Source: Phoronis australis
Lineage: Eukaryota; Animalia; Phoronida
Assembly: GCA_002633005.1 (NCBI GenBank)
Contig: NMRA01000121.1
Span: forward strand, 630,501-694,500
Direction: 5' to 3'
Length of the DNA stretch: 64,000 bases
Shown: positions 27,901 to 40,763 of the stretch, piece after piece
Position numbering within the stretch: the first letter of the stretch is position 1
How the letters are laid out: each line of letters starts with the position of its first letter
Notes under the pieces: model-generated
Databases searched by the model: none
What the model was told of the DNA's origin: nothing
What the model saw: the letters and a program-made list of their open reading frames with translations, nothing else
Made by a program: the position numbers and the translations under genes

Positions 27901-30900
27901 GACTCGTGGTCCTTTTATTAGTGTGTTACTCAGAACTTTTTCCCTTTATCCTCCCATCTTTCGAGCATTCAGTAAGCAGTGTTTTTTTTCATTCGTTTAT
28001 TTGTACCAGAGAAACATGCGACAAACGTTTCGTTTTCGTAAACCCATCTGTTCACATAGTCACTCGGAGAAAACACAAGAAGAAATCTCATCAACTTAGG
28101 ACATATTCTTTTTCATACAGTTACTTGATTGTTCACGTGTCATCTCTACGAATCTATGAGAATTGTCCCAACTTCCACGGCTTAGTTAGTAAAACCCAAC
28201 GTTGAATCTTTTCAAATACTGGTGAGCAATCTATGAGACTATAGAGACTATATATCTTCAAATCATTTACGATAGCCGAATGGCACTTAGTGATAGGTCG
28301 CCTCTTAAAGTAACGTGACCGTGTTTTTACTATAAATTCGTGTTCCTTACCCCACCCCCCACCCCCAAAAAAACTGTCAATTTAGTTGCTCGTTAATTTT
28401 CAAGTCATTCTAACCATAATTAGTACGGTTTTCTAATTTGTTGTCGTTTTCCCCTCACTCGAATTTTCACGTGATGTGCGTAAAATGAAATGGGTATAAA
28501 AAGTGAACAACACACAAGTTCGCGATTATTACCGTTGGTTCGATTCAGTAAAGTGCCTCAGTGCATACGGGCCTTTTTAAATTACTTTCTAGATGCTTTT
28601 TCTCGGGGAGGTGAAATCGATGACTTACAGACCGCCATCTCTTGTTTTTCACTCAGTGTTTGAAGTTGGCAATTCTGGTCTGACCTAATTAGCACTAAGA
28701 GGGTCTTAGATATCGCCGTCGTAAAAACCGTCTGAAAAGGTTCAAAATGCATTTCAGCGTAAGCCGAAATAAAATATGACAAATTGTCCAATAGCGCCTT
28801 CAAATTTAAAAGCTAGCGTTCCCTCTTTAAGACAAATGAGCTAGTAATCTAATCTCGTATGCTTAAAAAAGTAAAACTTCCTGATTGTTTTGCACTATTT
28901 TCGGCGGCAGTTGGTTTAATCCAAGTTGTTGAACAAGTCAAAAGTATTCACAGTATTAAAATGTGTATTGTAATTTTACATGCACTTAATCTTCACAGCG
29001 ATAACTAACTCAAAACGTTGCATCGTAGCTTTACAAACGTGGGAGTAATTTCTAGGGCTCGATTTTGTCTTGCGCTTCCACGTCACTGCTACTGAAGAAC
29101 GTTTTTGTATTGTAACTACTACTTTGCATATAATTTATGCAAATAATCTGGATAGTTAGCCATTATGGGAGTATTCGTAGAGACTCCATAGATAATTTTA
29201 TTTGTTTTTCTTCACCTCGCGCATGAACAAGCACCGCATAAACAAACAAATATACTACTGGCAATATCAATACATATACCTCTATGACGAGATTTTGTCA
29301 GCATACTCCAAATTGAATAGTATATCGTGTTACACGTTGATTTAAAACTTTTTGAACGAAAATTGCCTCATTTCTAACAGACGAGAACGCGTATTGAACA
29401 TTCACTATGTGACTGCTGCGTGCTGACACGACGAGTTCATCTTAAGCTAAGTTCTGAAACCGGGAACCAGTATTTCGTGACTTTCGTTTTCTGACATATT
29501 TCCAATTGGGGATCGTTCACGTATTACGTCATCGCTCGAGGGGGTTCACCTTCTGGCAGAGTTAACTAATTCCAAAACCGGGACCTACCGTTTCACGCTT
29601 CCAAGATTTGATGGTGTTGCACTAGGCTTAGCCTACCTTGTAAACGACAGCCCCACTCCGTCATTGTCTATCACTGACAATCATCACAGTGACGAAGCGC
29701 ATTAGGACATGATCAGGACGTCCAGCGACAGGCTTGGTCATGTTTTGCAGGGATGGGATTTACATTGTAAGGTTGTTACGCATACATGCAGTGTTGCGAC
29801 GGACTGCCGATTCAGTGGAAAATGGCCACAGAGTAACAGATGCCGATAGTGTTGTAACTTAATATTACAAGAGCAACGCGGAGCGTTGAAATGCACCACT
29901 ACTGCACCGCAAACGGTGTGCTTCAAGAGGTTTCTTTGGTGTCATAAAACTGACCATTACCTTGCGTAAAATGAACCCGTCCGAAAGTGGGAAGGCGTCA
30001 TCCCTCTGTTACAAAACTTGCCAAAATTCATGAAAATCCACCGAGGGACGCCAAACATACAAACGCAAACGTAGAAACTAAAATCGCCACTACTGGAAAG
30101 AGCCGTAATCAGACCATGAGACCAGTCATTGTCACATTGAGGCTAGTAGACCTTTAGCCATGGTCGCAAATAATACAAAATCACTAAAGGGGCCGCCACA
30201 GTTGTCAGACTTGTCCGGAAATCGGCATCAGCAAGGGACATTTCATCAGGAACACAGCTGTCAAGTTTAATAATGATCCTTTGAGTAGTTTGGCGGATAA
30301 AGAAGCGGATGCCAAAAACGGACTTCGAATAACAAAAATGGCCAGTAGTTAGCGCAGAATATGTAAAATCCTCCCATAGATGAAAAGGCATTGTTGACCT
30401 ATTTGCCAAATTTCACGGAAATCCAGCCGTTAACTCATATAATAGAGGCAAACGTAAAAATATAAATTCCCATGCAATAGGAGGTACACGAATTGGTCTA
30501 AAACTCGTCGTCATCTGTTGCCATTTCCACAGCAACACGTTTGTCAAATTTCCAAAAGATCCTCCAAAGAGTAGCTATTGTCGCAAAAAACAAAATTGCC
30601 ACTAGGGGTCTGCAGAGCAGTAAAAATCGTCCGAAAATCAACGTCAGTTGGGGTCTTCTCATCAGAAACAGATCTGCCATCTTTCATAATGATTTTTTTG
30701 AATTGCTTAGCGGATAGACAGGCTAACGACAAAAAAGTACTTAAAAAATTAAATTGCTCACCAGGTGGCGCAACATACGTTAAGTGCGTCCAAAAATTGA
30801 TTGGAAGGCGTCACCGCTTCCTTAACAGAAACCTATTTCCCAAATTTCATGAAAATTCACCAAGGAACTCAAAAGAAATAGAAGCAAACATAAAAAATAA

Positions 30901-33900
30901 AATTGCTACTAGAGGGCAGAGCGGTAGTCGGATCGTCCCGAAATTCGTCTTCTTTGCAGATACACATATGTCATTTAGATCCTGCACAGCATTTACAAGA
31001 TACAGCAGCGGACGGGCATAAGCACTCACATATCAATATTATTAAAACATTTTGTTTTCTACCCCGTATGCTCACTCTCCTGACGTATTTAGGTACGAAA
31101 ATATCCATTGTTTTTGTTTGGTAGTTGAAATGGTGTATTTTATTTCACTGCTGAATACATCACTGGCAAATGCGACATTAGTTTGTCATTACTGAGAATC
31201 AGAAGGACGGAATCTCCGACGATCGGGGAACTACCTGTTATTCCAAAAACAGAGTGGGTTTGGCTGCTATGAAGTGATAAGAGGCTGGACGGGGGGAGTT
31301 TATATCATGGTGACGGGTAATGAAAGAGGGTGGAGGAGGGTAAAATGTGACAAATTTTGAATGACGTAGTATGTGGACGCTCCCTTGTCATGGATTTGTC
31401 ACTGAACACATTCAGGTATGAATTATGCACGTAATGTCGGTGGAAAATGCGGTCGGGTATATATTTTGAACGATCAGGCAACAATCCCCACCGGTTACCC
31501 CCTGTCACTCCAGATCGTCGCTGATCCGTTAACAAACTGCCATGGCAATTGATTAATGACCGAACATAGCAACAAATTTTCTTTTCTTTAGTTCAGAATA
31601 ATAAAAATATGCAAAGTGTCAGCAAAATGCAACTGAAACTTCTTTAAACTGTAAGAATGAAAAACTTCTAAAGGGCGATTCACAGTAAAATGAACATAGA
31701 AAATTGAAAATAAACTTTGAAAAACAGAAGTTTCAGAAACTCGTTTTGTATTGACAAGAAACTGAATTTTTATGATTTAATGAAAAACCGTTTGAAGTTT
31801 TTGACATCTCAAAAATTATGTTTATTGTGCAAATACCAAAAGGACTGTAACGGAGGCGGCATACAATAATTTTCTATAGCGCAAGTGAAATTTAATCAAA
31901 AGTAGTGTGCCATGCTAAGCATCAATTGCATTTGTGACCAGATAGATTTTTTCAGAAATATACCAATTATGAGACATGACCAATTTCTAAATGTCCCCTC
32001 AAAAAGGTGGGAAAAGTTTATCTCGTTAAATTCGTAATATTCTGTAAACTATTTTAAGAACGTGCAACATATCAAGGAAAACCCTTGGTAAAGAAATATA
32101 TTGAAGTTACCCTCACATGGGGCACCAACTAACTAAACAACGTGATCGTGTCCCTTATGCGATGTATCCAAGTCCCAACCAAAAAGCCATCGTGGTTACT
32201 GCAACTGGAATGAAAATAGGAAAAACTACAAAAAATCTTGGAATTCGACCAGATACATCACGGTACTAGTACTTACGCTACATAGTTGAGACTATGTGCA
32301 TTTTTTTGTCATTCTATGTTGTGCAGTTTGTGTACAGTGTACGGCAATCACATTTCAGCATTTTTATTCTTCAAATGTAATATTTGTAAATTGTTTAACT
32401 CTTGTGGTGATAAAATGTACGACTCACAGAGTTATAATGGTGAAATATCCAAATTTGTCAGTGACAAAAATTTTCCTTCGTTACGTCCACTACGTTACAC
32501 TAGGTGGGGTCTTCTTTTTGGATTTACTCCATAATGCAAAAAGTGTTATTTTTGGCATCAATGTCATATGATAGCACATCTAGTAATGAATGCAATTGCT
32601 TTTTGATTTTTTTAGTATCTTCAATAGAATTCTGCAATATGTTTCCTTTCTCAAGGGTTGAAATTCTATTGGTCCGCTCCGTTACACCTCATAAAAATGG
32701 GCATAATCCTTTGTTCTGAATCTTTCTAAACCTTAGCATAGTCTACAACACTTTAGCAAGAATGTCTCAAAAAGTTTCTAAGTAAACTAATCTAAAATTT
32801 ACAGAGAATTATTCTATTGAATTGTCCCCTCTGTCACGCACAAAATACTGTGAAATTGCCCCAAACGAGAATATTTTGGATTTGTTTGATCTCTAATATT
32901 AGTGTTTATCATATACATGTACTTACCTCATTAAGTACACAGTCATCTTCATCAAAGACAGGGATAGACTACTAATACTTTTCGTTTTCGTATTTCAGTT
33001 GGAGGCGTTAATATCAAGTGGTTGGTCACAGCATTCGCCTTGTTGGCACGGTCGGTGGCTCAGTTTGCCTTCATCACACAAATGATCATCGTGGCTGAAA
33101 TGTTCCCAACTTCCGTTAGGTACGGTTCTACTTTAGGAATAACTTGATGACTCCTAAAATAGAGCTATAAGTTCGGGTTTGAACTCGATTTTGTAGCTTG
33201 AATTTTGGAGTTATCAAATGCGTACTATGACTACGGTACTGGACACTCGTTTGCATGTATCATAATGAAATGGAACACGTACTGAAACACATTACCTTTT
33301 ATATAACTTTGCTGTTATAAATCAGCAAGCTGATATGATATAAACAAGAATTAGTCATTTTACACGCTGTATGTTGACAAGATCACGTGACCTATAGTGT
33401 CTAATCTTTTCATCCCGAATCGAACTCGAAAGTACTTTTGGCATTTTCTATTCATAAGCTCGAATACATAACGGCTTGCGTAGATAACTTTCTAATCCTA
33501 GTTTGTGACCTCAGCATTAGGCTACAATTTGGAGTCTGTACTAGAAATTTCGACTGAAAATTTCAAGGTTTTACTCGAGTTTGTAGCATAAAATGTATTG
33601 GTGTAAACTTGGACGAGAAACTCGTATCTTTAAAACATAAGGTACTCGAGCACAGACTAATCAATCAATCAATCAATCTCTTTATTTATAGTCAGTTTGA
33701 CAAAACAGACAAGCACTAGCCGAAGGCTAACATCACCGACTGTGAATAATAACATAAAAAGCATAAATAATAAAATAATGAACAATAAAATAATGAAAAA
33801 CCAAACACATGACAAGATGAGAAAAAACACATATTAATAAGATATCATGAAAGTATGGCATGCACACATACACATACACACCAGATTTAAAATCTGCATA

Positions 33901-36900
33901 CCCCGCACCTGCACGGTGGTTCTGTCCAAGATTTACTAAAATTCTTAAAAAGTTTATAATCCATGAACTTGGAGTAATTTGGAAGAGAGTTCCAGAGTTT
34001 AGCGCCGTACACTGATAAAGAGTTTAAACCTTGATGCACTGTTCGACATTAACAAGTAGCACAGATTTATTACCCAGATTATTATGAAACGTTTTTTCCT
34101 CAAAGAGGTCCCACATGAAAGGGGGTGACAAGTGATGATATGATTTGTATACCTCTAGAATGATTGCGCGCTTTCTAGACAGTTCAAGGGTCGGGAGATC
34201 TGCTCTAGCGAGGAGTTAGTGTAGCTCGCATTTCCGTCCTGATACACAAATCTGGGTGCCCTGTACTGTAGGCGCTCGAGTTTTGCAGTGTTCGTCGCGT
34301 CGCAGAAATGCCACACTAAGTTACAATAACTTAAGTGTGACAAGACAAAGCATCTAAAAATAGTCAACCTTGACACATGATCAAGCTGTCCTGACAGCCT
34401 TTGAAGGACACTAAGCTGCGCCGCAGCCTCAGTTCCGATAGAGAACTCTGGTGTGCTGTGCAAAACTTAGCTGTTTGTCCAAAGTGACACCCAGCAATAC
34501 CACGGTGTCTTCAAAGAATATGATATCACCTCCGATACAGAATCTAGTGGCTCTGCCGCCATTTAACATAATGGCCGGAAACTTTGATGAGTTGGCCTCC
34601 ATCATATTATCCCGTAGCCATGAGATCGCGATCTCCGACTCCTAATGACCTCGGCCCTGGAGTCTCTGATGACGGAGATTGTGTTATCATCCGCACAGCT
34701 CACGAGGTTTGAGTCTTTAATCGAAAAATAGAGATCATTTACAAACATTAGAAAGTACACGCCCTAGCACTGGGCCTTGGGGTAAGCCTTTCGCAAGACG
34801 GAGCCAGTTACTGGAAAATCCAGACAGTTTCACCCTCTGCCGGGCCACGATCGGATGGGTAGGACCATATTAAAGCACATCCTTCATCAGACATGCCATA
34901 GGCCGACAGCTTTGATATAATCAGCTCGTGTGGGAGGCAATCAAACGCCTGAGTTCTACAAAAGCAGAACAGAAAATGCCAAAAATACTTCAGAATAAAT
35001 GACTATAGGTCGCGTGATACATGTATGACCAACAATGTGTGCGAGAAGAATGGTAACTCTTGCCTATACATTTATCTTAGTACACATGAAAAAAATAAAT
35101 AGAATTTGGTGAGTTGCTAGAAAGCCGGCGATTTTAGTCCTCTGTATACTTCCTTTTCTGAGATTTTTCTGGGCATTTTGGAGCTGTTTAGTTACATTAG
35201 CGTCGAGAAAAGTGATGTTCTGAGATCATCCTCATCGCACAGTGGAGCCGGCAGCCGCCGCGGTCGCAGCCTAACGTTGTGCCACAATTAAATCAAAGAA
35301 ACGAAACGCACTACGTTGTTTTGTAGCTCTGGTTAAAGCTAGTAACTTCAAGAAGTCTATGCTGTCCAACAATAACTTCAAGAAGTATATCCCATCCAAC
35401 AATAATAATAACTTCAAGAAGTATATCCCATCCAACAATAATAATAACTTCAAGAAGTCTATCCCATCCAACAAGATAACACCAAATTCAAAACGTGTTT
35501 TAGGCGTAAATACAAAAATCTCTCTTTAACCTAAGAGCTTTGGGGTTTAAATACATGCTCATCCCACCTTGAATGATCCATCAAGACACAGGCAATGCCT
35601 ACACTTTTGATTTCCCATTTTCGAATTCGCAATATCAGGGTTGGCCAACACATAAAACACTGAACTTTGTTCGTGAGTTGCTGATGGTGTCCATGTCCTT
35701 TTTGATATCAAAAATAGAATCTTATCAGGGCAAGCAATGTTGTTATGAGTAATGAGAGTAAAAGAACTAATTTGATTTTCGTTTTTAGCCAGAAAAAACA
35801 TAACGAAATGTTACTTTAACTATGTAGCAAATTAGGTTAATCTCAACTTGATGTTAAATTTACTATTTCGAATCTCAATGGCTGGTTAATGTTTGTTTAT
35901 GACTAACAACCCTTGGCAAATACGTCATTTACAGAAACCGTTGCAGTTTTCTACGTCTTGAAGAATAACAAGTCTGTTTTAAAATCTATTGAATGGTAAC
36001 ACGTGTATCCAAACTAAAATTTAGTTTCTATAGTATATTAAAGCATCACTCTGGCCGCAGTGATATCATAACTTGCCTAATGAAAGGATAGGCTTATTAC
36101 TAGACTACGTCACCGCGACAGCCACGAACAACACCTACACACATTGGTGTTCTTCTCAATCTCGGACCAGTAGCGTTGTTACGTGGTCTGAGACTCAATA
36201 TAGTATGGTAGGCCTACTCGCGGCAGATACGTTCTCCTACTGTGAGTGCCGGCATTGTCGCTATAACTTCAATTTTTTCTGCAGTTTTCTGGCGTAAATG
36301 TGACGCAGAAATGCTGCTTTTGACGACTCATTTGGCATGCCAGCGTTTGAGTTTCCAAAATGCGTCTTCTTGTGTCTCAAACGCATTGCTGGGATTTTAC
36401 ATAACCCAGTATACATAGTAGTGAATAATTAAAATCCGTTCGAGGAAAGTTTTAGAGATGTTCATCTACGGAAATACCACGGTCTTATTTCAGGAACATT
36501 GGGGCCGGTGTTTGCATGACGTCGATGAGATTTGGAATTATGTTTTCGTCTCAGGCTTTGTTGCTGGTATTGTATAACTTCATATGATATGATAATTTAT
36601 ATTAGCACAAACGTTGCCTGTTTCTTAGATCTAACTGTAGGGTTAAACAATTTTTGAGATAAGCTGTAAGAACAGTTATTGACATTTTTGTGGGCTATTT
36701 CAATTGAATGTCAACTAATCATGTCGAAAGACGGACAAGTTGGAGTAACCCTATCTATCCAGCGCCGGGTCATGTCCAGGCGATCACTAGTACTGCGTAC
36801 GACTCAAAAAGAACTCAGTGGTTTGCGTCTAAGTGTTATGAAAGAATGCAGGTACTAGCATTAACATTGTCCTCGTTAGTACTTCCAAAGTTTTTGAATT

Positions 36901-37821
36901 AACGAAGACATGCTGTCGTTTGGTCCTGATTTCCTCTGCCTGAGCTTGACCAAATGAGAAGTTCATTGGAATATATGCCCTTGAGTATTTTCCAAAGTGC
37001 ATTTGAAAGGACATGCTAGCTTTATCTTAATCAGCGCACATGCCGTCGATTCAGCTTGACAGACATACGCGTCAGGTATGCTCCCTTATCGCTCGCGCCC
37101 ATTGAAATCAGCTGGCAGATCTGCCTTCAACTGTGAAGAGCTTGCATTACAATGCCATAACAAACGGGACTCTGTTCACCCATGGTGCTCGTACGTGATA
37201 GGTCAAAACAATAGGATTTTGTGCATGATGTTTTGACGGTAGATAAGACGCTTTCATGGATGCTCGCTTTATGCGGGTGATCTGCCCTTTGATCAGACGT
37301 CGTGGTTGCCTTGTTATAAATATAATATTTATTTCTACACAATTGTTTCTCATGAAGACTTGTGTCTAAACCTCACCTATAAGGCGCAGGCGCGTGTCTC
37401 CGTACATACATGTTTTAAACGCATTTTTGCTTTTGTCCGTTCTTAGTACGTTTCAATTAAAAGTAAAACTTGACTTGAAAACACGTTAATAATCCCACTT
37501 TGCAATAGACTAGTAAACATTGAAACCCAGTTTCACATTCAGGCGCATAGACCGTAATTGTGGTGTATCAGTTTTACTTCTAATGAGGTTTGTGTTTCCT
37601 TACAGGGTGAAAATACTTTTCTTCAGCTTCCATTCCTGATATATGGTTCTCTTACTGGTTTAGCGAGCTTTCTCGTGCTTCTGTTACCGGAAGTGACGAA
37701 CAGTCAACTATTTGATACCATTGAAGAAGTGGAAAACTTAGAAGACAGCGTGGCGTTGTGTAGCTATGGAAAGAAGAACGTAAAACATTTAGAAGTGGAA
37801 ATCAAAGAAGAAGATTTGTGA
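12602..37821 (+). CDS. Complete SLC22-family transporter gene, paralog B: 9 coding exons, 1680 nt CDS, 559 aa (gene span)
   Basis: Exons 12602-12952, 16988-17218 (or duplicate 17912-18142), 18648-18844, 22113-22382, 26491-26625, 27668-27753, 32999-33119, 36494-36566, 37606-37821. All introns are GT-AG and phases 0,0,2,2,2,1,2,0 join in frame. Motifs: SIVTEWDLVC, GPISDHYGRR, AELFTP, LPESPRWL, FGRK, AEMFPTSVR, LLLPE..DTIEEVE. Confidence 0.93.
15462..15709. mobile_element. MITE with 15-bp TIR CATGCGCGCACCCAG and 5-bp TSD GTTTA
   Basis: Perfect TIRs at 15462-15476 and 15695-15709; GTTTA on both flanks. Confidence 0.8.
16988..17218 (+). CDS. SLC22 paralog B exon 2 (copy 1)
   Basis: ttttcag|WDLVCERSFL...GPISDHYGRRPV...CFYQ|gtaaac; 231 nt, phase 0-0. 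Confidence 0.9.
17912..18142 (+). CDS. SLC22 paralog B exon 2 (copy 2; probable allelic duplicate across the N gap)
   Basis: Near-identical to 16988-17218 (LIVPAL vs LIAPAL plus synonymous changes). Lies just after the 17565-17708 N gap. Confidence 0.8.
18648..18844 (+). CDS. SLC22 paralog B exon 3
   Basis: attccag|GLQMTSFIMLAELFTPQARTVVG...GYLLRDWHKIQLAY...QV(W)|gtaggt. Confidence 0.9.
18864..19790 (+). mobile_element. Same HINE-like family, copy in SLC22 intron 3
   Basis: 5' TTTTTACGCACCCACA...TGTGGGTGC hairpin and (CGTC)-rich tract; 3' CGTGGGCGCATTTCAACGCTCCGCGTTACTTGTTT. Long blocks are shared with 62134-63413. Confidence 0.7.
19800..21372 (+). mobile_element. Older, interrupted copy of the same HINE-like family
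   Basis: Monomer remnants at 19830-19920 and 20570-21290; 3' end CGTGGGCGCATTTT...GCTCTTG at 21336-21369. The 19930-20560 segment is unrelated sequence. Confidence 0.5.
22005..22099. repeat. Minisatellite, ~6.3 x 15 bp (TGTCTTGCAGTTCAA)
   Basis: Units start at 22005, 22020, 22035, 22050, 22065 and 22080. Confidence 0.95.
22113..22382 (+). CDS. SLC22 paralog B exon 4
   Basis: cattcag|ALPESPRWLMAQ...TFLDLFKTRNLRKRTCILLYI|gtgagt. Confidence 0.9.
24125..24207. repeat. ~5 x 16-bp subrepeat (gtagtgaaccttcgga), probably a MITE terminus
   Basis: Repeated tagtgaacctt at 16-bp spacing, ending in gggctgtcac. Confidence 0.7.
25863..26067. mobile_element. MITE with TACCGTA-type terminus and internal taatcgcccatc subrepeats
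   Basis: Right end gggcgttaacccgcaagtttacggta is inverse to left gtgggttaaagccc; three gtaat(c/g)gcccatc units. Confidence 0.55.
26491..26625 (+). CDS. SLC22 paralog B exon 5 (not in ORF track)
   Basis: attacag|FAIQAANYGVMLGTSTLPGNKYLVFFIGAVMCSPTTLVSVLVQK|gtaagt; matches the TM7-TM8 pattern YG...GNxYLxFF. Confidence 0.88.
27668..27753 (+). CDS. SLC22 paralog B exon 6
   Basis: tccgtag|FGRKRPLCVSLILISVSCLFAGFIPETA|gtgagt. Confidence 0.88.
30010..31020 (-). mobile_element. Diverged reverse-orientation copy of the HINE-like family in SLC22 intron 6
   Basis: Reverse-complement monomer hallmarks GCCACTAGGGG (~30598), CACCAGGTGGCGC (~30759), GCTACTAGAGGGC (~30905) and repeated ccaaatttcatgaaaat. 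Confidence 0.55.
32999..33119 (+). CDS. SLC22 paralog B exon 7
   Basis: tatttcag|GGVNIKWLVTAFALLARSVAQFAFITQMIIVAEMFPTSV(R)|gtacgg. Confidence 0.9.
33659..34950 (-). mobile_element. 5'-truncated, degenerate non-LTR retrotransposon (CR1/L2-like LINE): RT remnant and (GATT)n tail
   Basis: Minus strand reads AFDCLPHELIISKLSAYG, RQRVKL, GLPQGPVLG, SCADDNT (YADD), LLGVTLDKQLSF, LSYCNLVWHFC, KLERLQYRA, with frameshifts. AATAAA followed by (GATT)5 at the 3' end (33659-33686). Confidence 0.88.
35340..35480. repeat. Minisatellite, ~4 x 30-36 bp (aataacttcaagaagtatatcccatccaac)
   Basis: Four taacttcaagaagt cores with a variable (AAT)n tract. Confidence 0.9.
36494..36566 (+). CDS. SLC22 paralog B exon 8
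   Basis: tatttcag|NIGAGVCMTSMRFGIMFSSQALLL|gtattg (TM11). Confidence 0.88.
37606..37821 (+). CDS. SLC22 paralog B exon 9 (terminal)
   Basis: ccttacag|GENTFLQLPFLIYGSLTGLASFLVLLLPEVTNSQLFDTIEEVEN...EEDL*. Confidence 0.9.
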   Translation, partial: GENTFLQLPFLIYGSLTGLASFLVLLLPEVTNSQLFDTIEEVENLEDSVALCSYGKKNVKHLEVEIKEEDL

Positions 37822-40763
37822 GAATGTGAAATGATTAATTTGCAGGTTTCGTGACTTCGCCTGCATTGATACCTGCATGAATTGTCCAGACTGCAAAACA
37901 GAGTAGTCGAAAACAGGCTGATCTCCCGCTTGTTCACGGTTTTTGTGCAGAGCTTCAATCAAAATGTAAACAATGAAGAAGTTGAATATCTACAAAATAA
38001 AACAGTTGTCAATCATGTCTGAAAACTGCCCTGTGGCTTGTCATGTTGTTCATTGTTGCTTTGCCATGGCGTAGTAGGCCATTTCGCCAATAAAACTTAT
38101 TTAAGACAACAGTATTCAAAACGAATGAAAACTTAGTCAAGTAGGACAGTGATCTTAAGGGTACCTATTTCCTGATCAACAAAAAGATTGTCGTCATTCA
38201 TCAAGAGTTAAATTTATACTATAAAACATTGTATTAAACATCCAGTTTTGAAAGAATGCGAAGCATTTGACCCAGGTTGCGGAAAACGGAAAAAGTCTTG
38301 ACCCTATTTTTATGCAACCTACCCAGAGCTTCTTGCGGTTGCCATTTAAGTCACCCTTATACACAGTCCTGTTAAGTCTCATTCTTTTAACTTGATTCAC
38401 GTTTTTGACATGAACGAACTCAAGTCTTATTGTGCTTTCATCGTACGTCTTCTCAATTTTCTAAAAAAATATAATAAAATCCGATTTAAAAATCCTTACT
38501 GACTTAGAATTCCTTGGAAAATTTGACGGATTTCAAAGTCCTAATTGCAAGTTTTTTCCTGTGTAGGAGGCAGTCAAACAACCCCATCCTCTGTGCGGCT
38601 CGCATTGAATTACAGTTTCCCGCGTATTCAAAGAATTCAAAATGAAAGTGTTTATTGTCTATTAAAAATTGATCAAATATTTGATAAAAGATCGCACCAC
38701 AACTTTTGCAACAGAATAATGGTGGAACGCCAATCGGTCATAAGTTGTCTCAAATTCTCGTATAGCAAAACAACATACCACAACAACCGTCTATTTTTAA
38801 ATCGAGGGTTAAATCTACCTTAAATTCTCAACAACACTGAAAATAAGTAGGGATCTTTTCATGCAACACCCTTAATTTGAGGACTAAATCTCTAATCATT
38901 TTAACTGAATTAAGGGCTCAGTTTTAAGTTATATTATTAGAAATGCCAATAGTAAAAGAGGAGCTCACAATAAATATAAAATGCATGATAGACACAACGA
39001 AACAAATGCGCAAAATATTTAGGGAACTTAATTGAGTCCCTATATAGTTAAAGTGTTTTTCGGGCTGGTTAGCTGTTTTGATGGTACGGAAGTTTGTTTT
39101 CGACTCCTAGATATCTGTTATACACCGGGGTTCCAATTTCGATGGAACCCCTTGGACCACAGGCAGGGGCGGATCCAGGCAAAAAGGGTAATGTCGGATC
39201 AAGGATTTTTAAAAGGGATGTCGGATTAAGGATTTTATTTAAAAAGGGGGATCCAAGTCAACAATTTGAAAATTCTAGGTTTGATATCACTTAAATCAAG
39301 GGAAAAGAGGATCTCCTTGGACCTCCTTGGATACGGCTATGACATGTTTCAATTTACTTACAGAACGGCGTTTGTAGCGTGTGGTTGGATCGACGGGCAA
39401 TTTTCGTTCAGGAATGTTCATAAATATGAATGAAGTATAGCAGACTGCTACGATCTCCTTGTTTGTCGTGTCATTTTGCCGAAAGGAAAGCAACTACCAG
39501 ATAGTAGGCACCGGACAAATGAGCGGTCTTCGCTTATCGACAGCAGTAGAAACCAGGTGGCGCTGTTTGCGGCGTGCGATAGGTTTTCAACATAGCGTGA
39601 CCCATCAGACAGTAGACCAAATTATGAAGCAAACGCAGTCCAGTAGAAAAAATTATCCCATAACACACTTTTTGATGCGGTGGCGAGGTCTTGGTTCGTG
39701 TTTTTCGAGCTGGTTAGCTGTTTTGAAGGCGCGGGGCCTGTGTACGACAATTAAACGGGATTCAATTGGGTCGATGCACCGTGCGACAAAGACTACTAAT
39801 TAGTCCGCACGAATGATTCGATTGAACCGCGGTCTAAGTCATTTTTAAATGAGAACTCGTGATCGTAGTAGATGAAAACTAGCTGCCACACTACAAGCTA
39901 TATACTTATGAACTATTGCATATTGAGAGAGTTTCGCCGGGCTACAAACGCTGACGCCGGTCGACTACCGTGTGACTCACTGACCCGGCGGTGTGAGCCA
40001 CACAACGTCACTGGGTGCGGGTGGAGGAAATAGGTGGCGATCTGGGGGGGAGTCAAAGCTACGACCAGGGTGACATTATATTGTCATTTATTCTAACACC
40101 AATAATGATATTAAGCAAAATTACAGGAAAAAAATTTGTGCTTAATTCTCAGTTCTCATTTGCTTTCATGAATTTTACCGAAATTGAGATGTTTTGGCTC
40201 ATGAGTCGCCCATTACCAACCAATTAATGTGCCTTTTCTAAGGTCATAGTTCGATCACTGCAAACATTCAATAGATCGAGTAAGACAAATATGCATTAAG
40301 CTACGTCGTCTCCTGGGTGATTAAATTCTTTAAAGGCAGTCTGCACAAATAATCTTTTAGGATAGGTCGGCACTTAAAACCGACGTTGTGCACTTACCCG
40401 AGATCAGCTGTCTTCATGTTGTTACCGTCCAAGGGACATGATTGAACGCGAAAATATAGGTCAACATTGTGACACAGTAAAGAATGTCAACCTCATACGT
40501 TCGCGTTGTACTCGAAACTCTATTCATTGCTCAGTGTAAAAATAAGACTTCCAAAGAGCTTCACCATGATGAAAGGGCCTCCTGGCTACGTCAGAGGGCT
40601 CCCTGTTCCAAGGGGCCCCTTTTCCTGGGAGGAGACTTGAGGCTCCGGCACTGCTTAAAAAGGATCGGAGCCGCGGCATTGACGGTGCAATCTGGGGCCG
40701 TGAGTTGCTCCGGGTCCCCAAATGTAAATCCGGCACTGATAACAGTAAACAGCCCTAAGAACT

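Noticed and set aside
30578-31021. 147-aa ORF
   Set aside because: Lies within the reverse copy of the non-coding HINE-like repeat.
35271-35474. Leu-rich repetitive ORF (LDGIYFLKLLL)
   Set aside because: Translation of a minisatellite.
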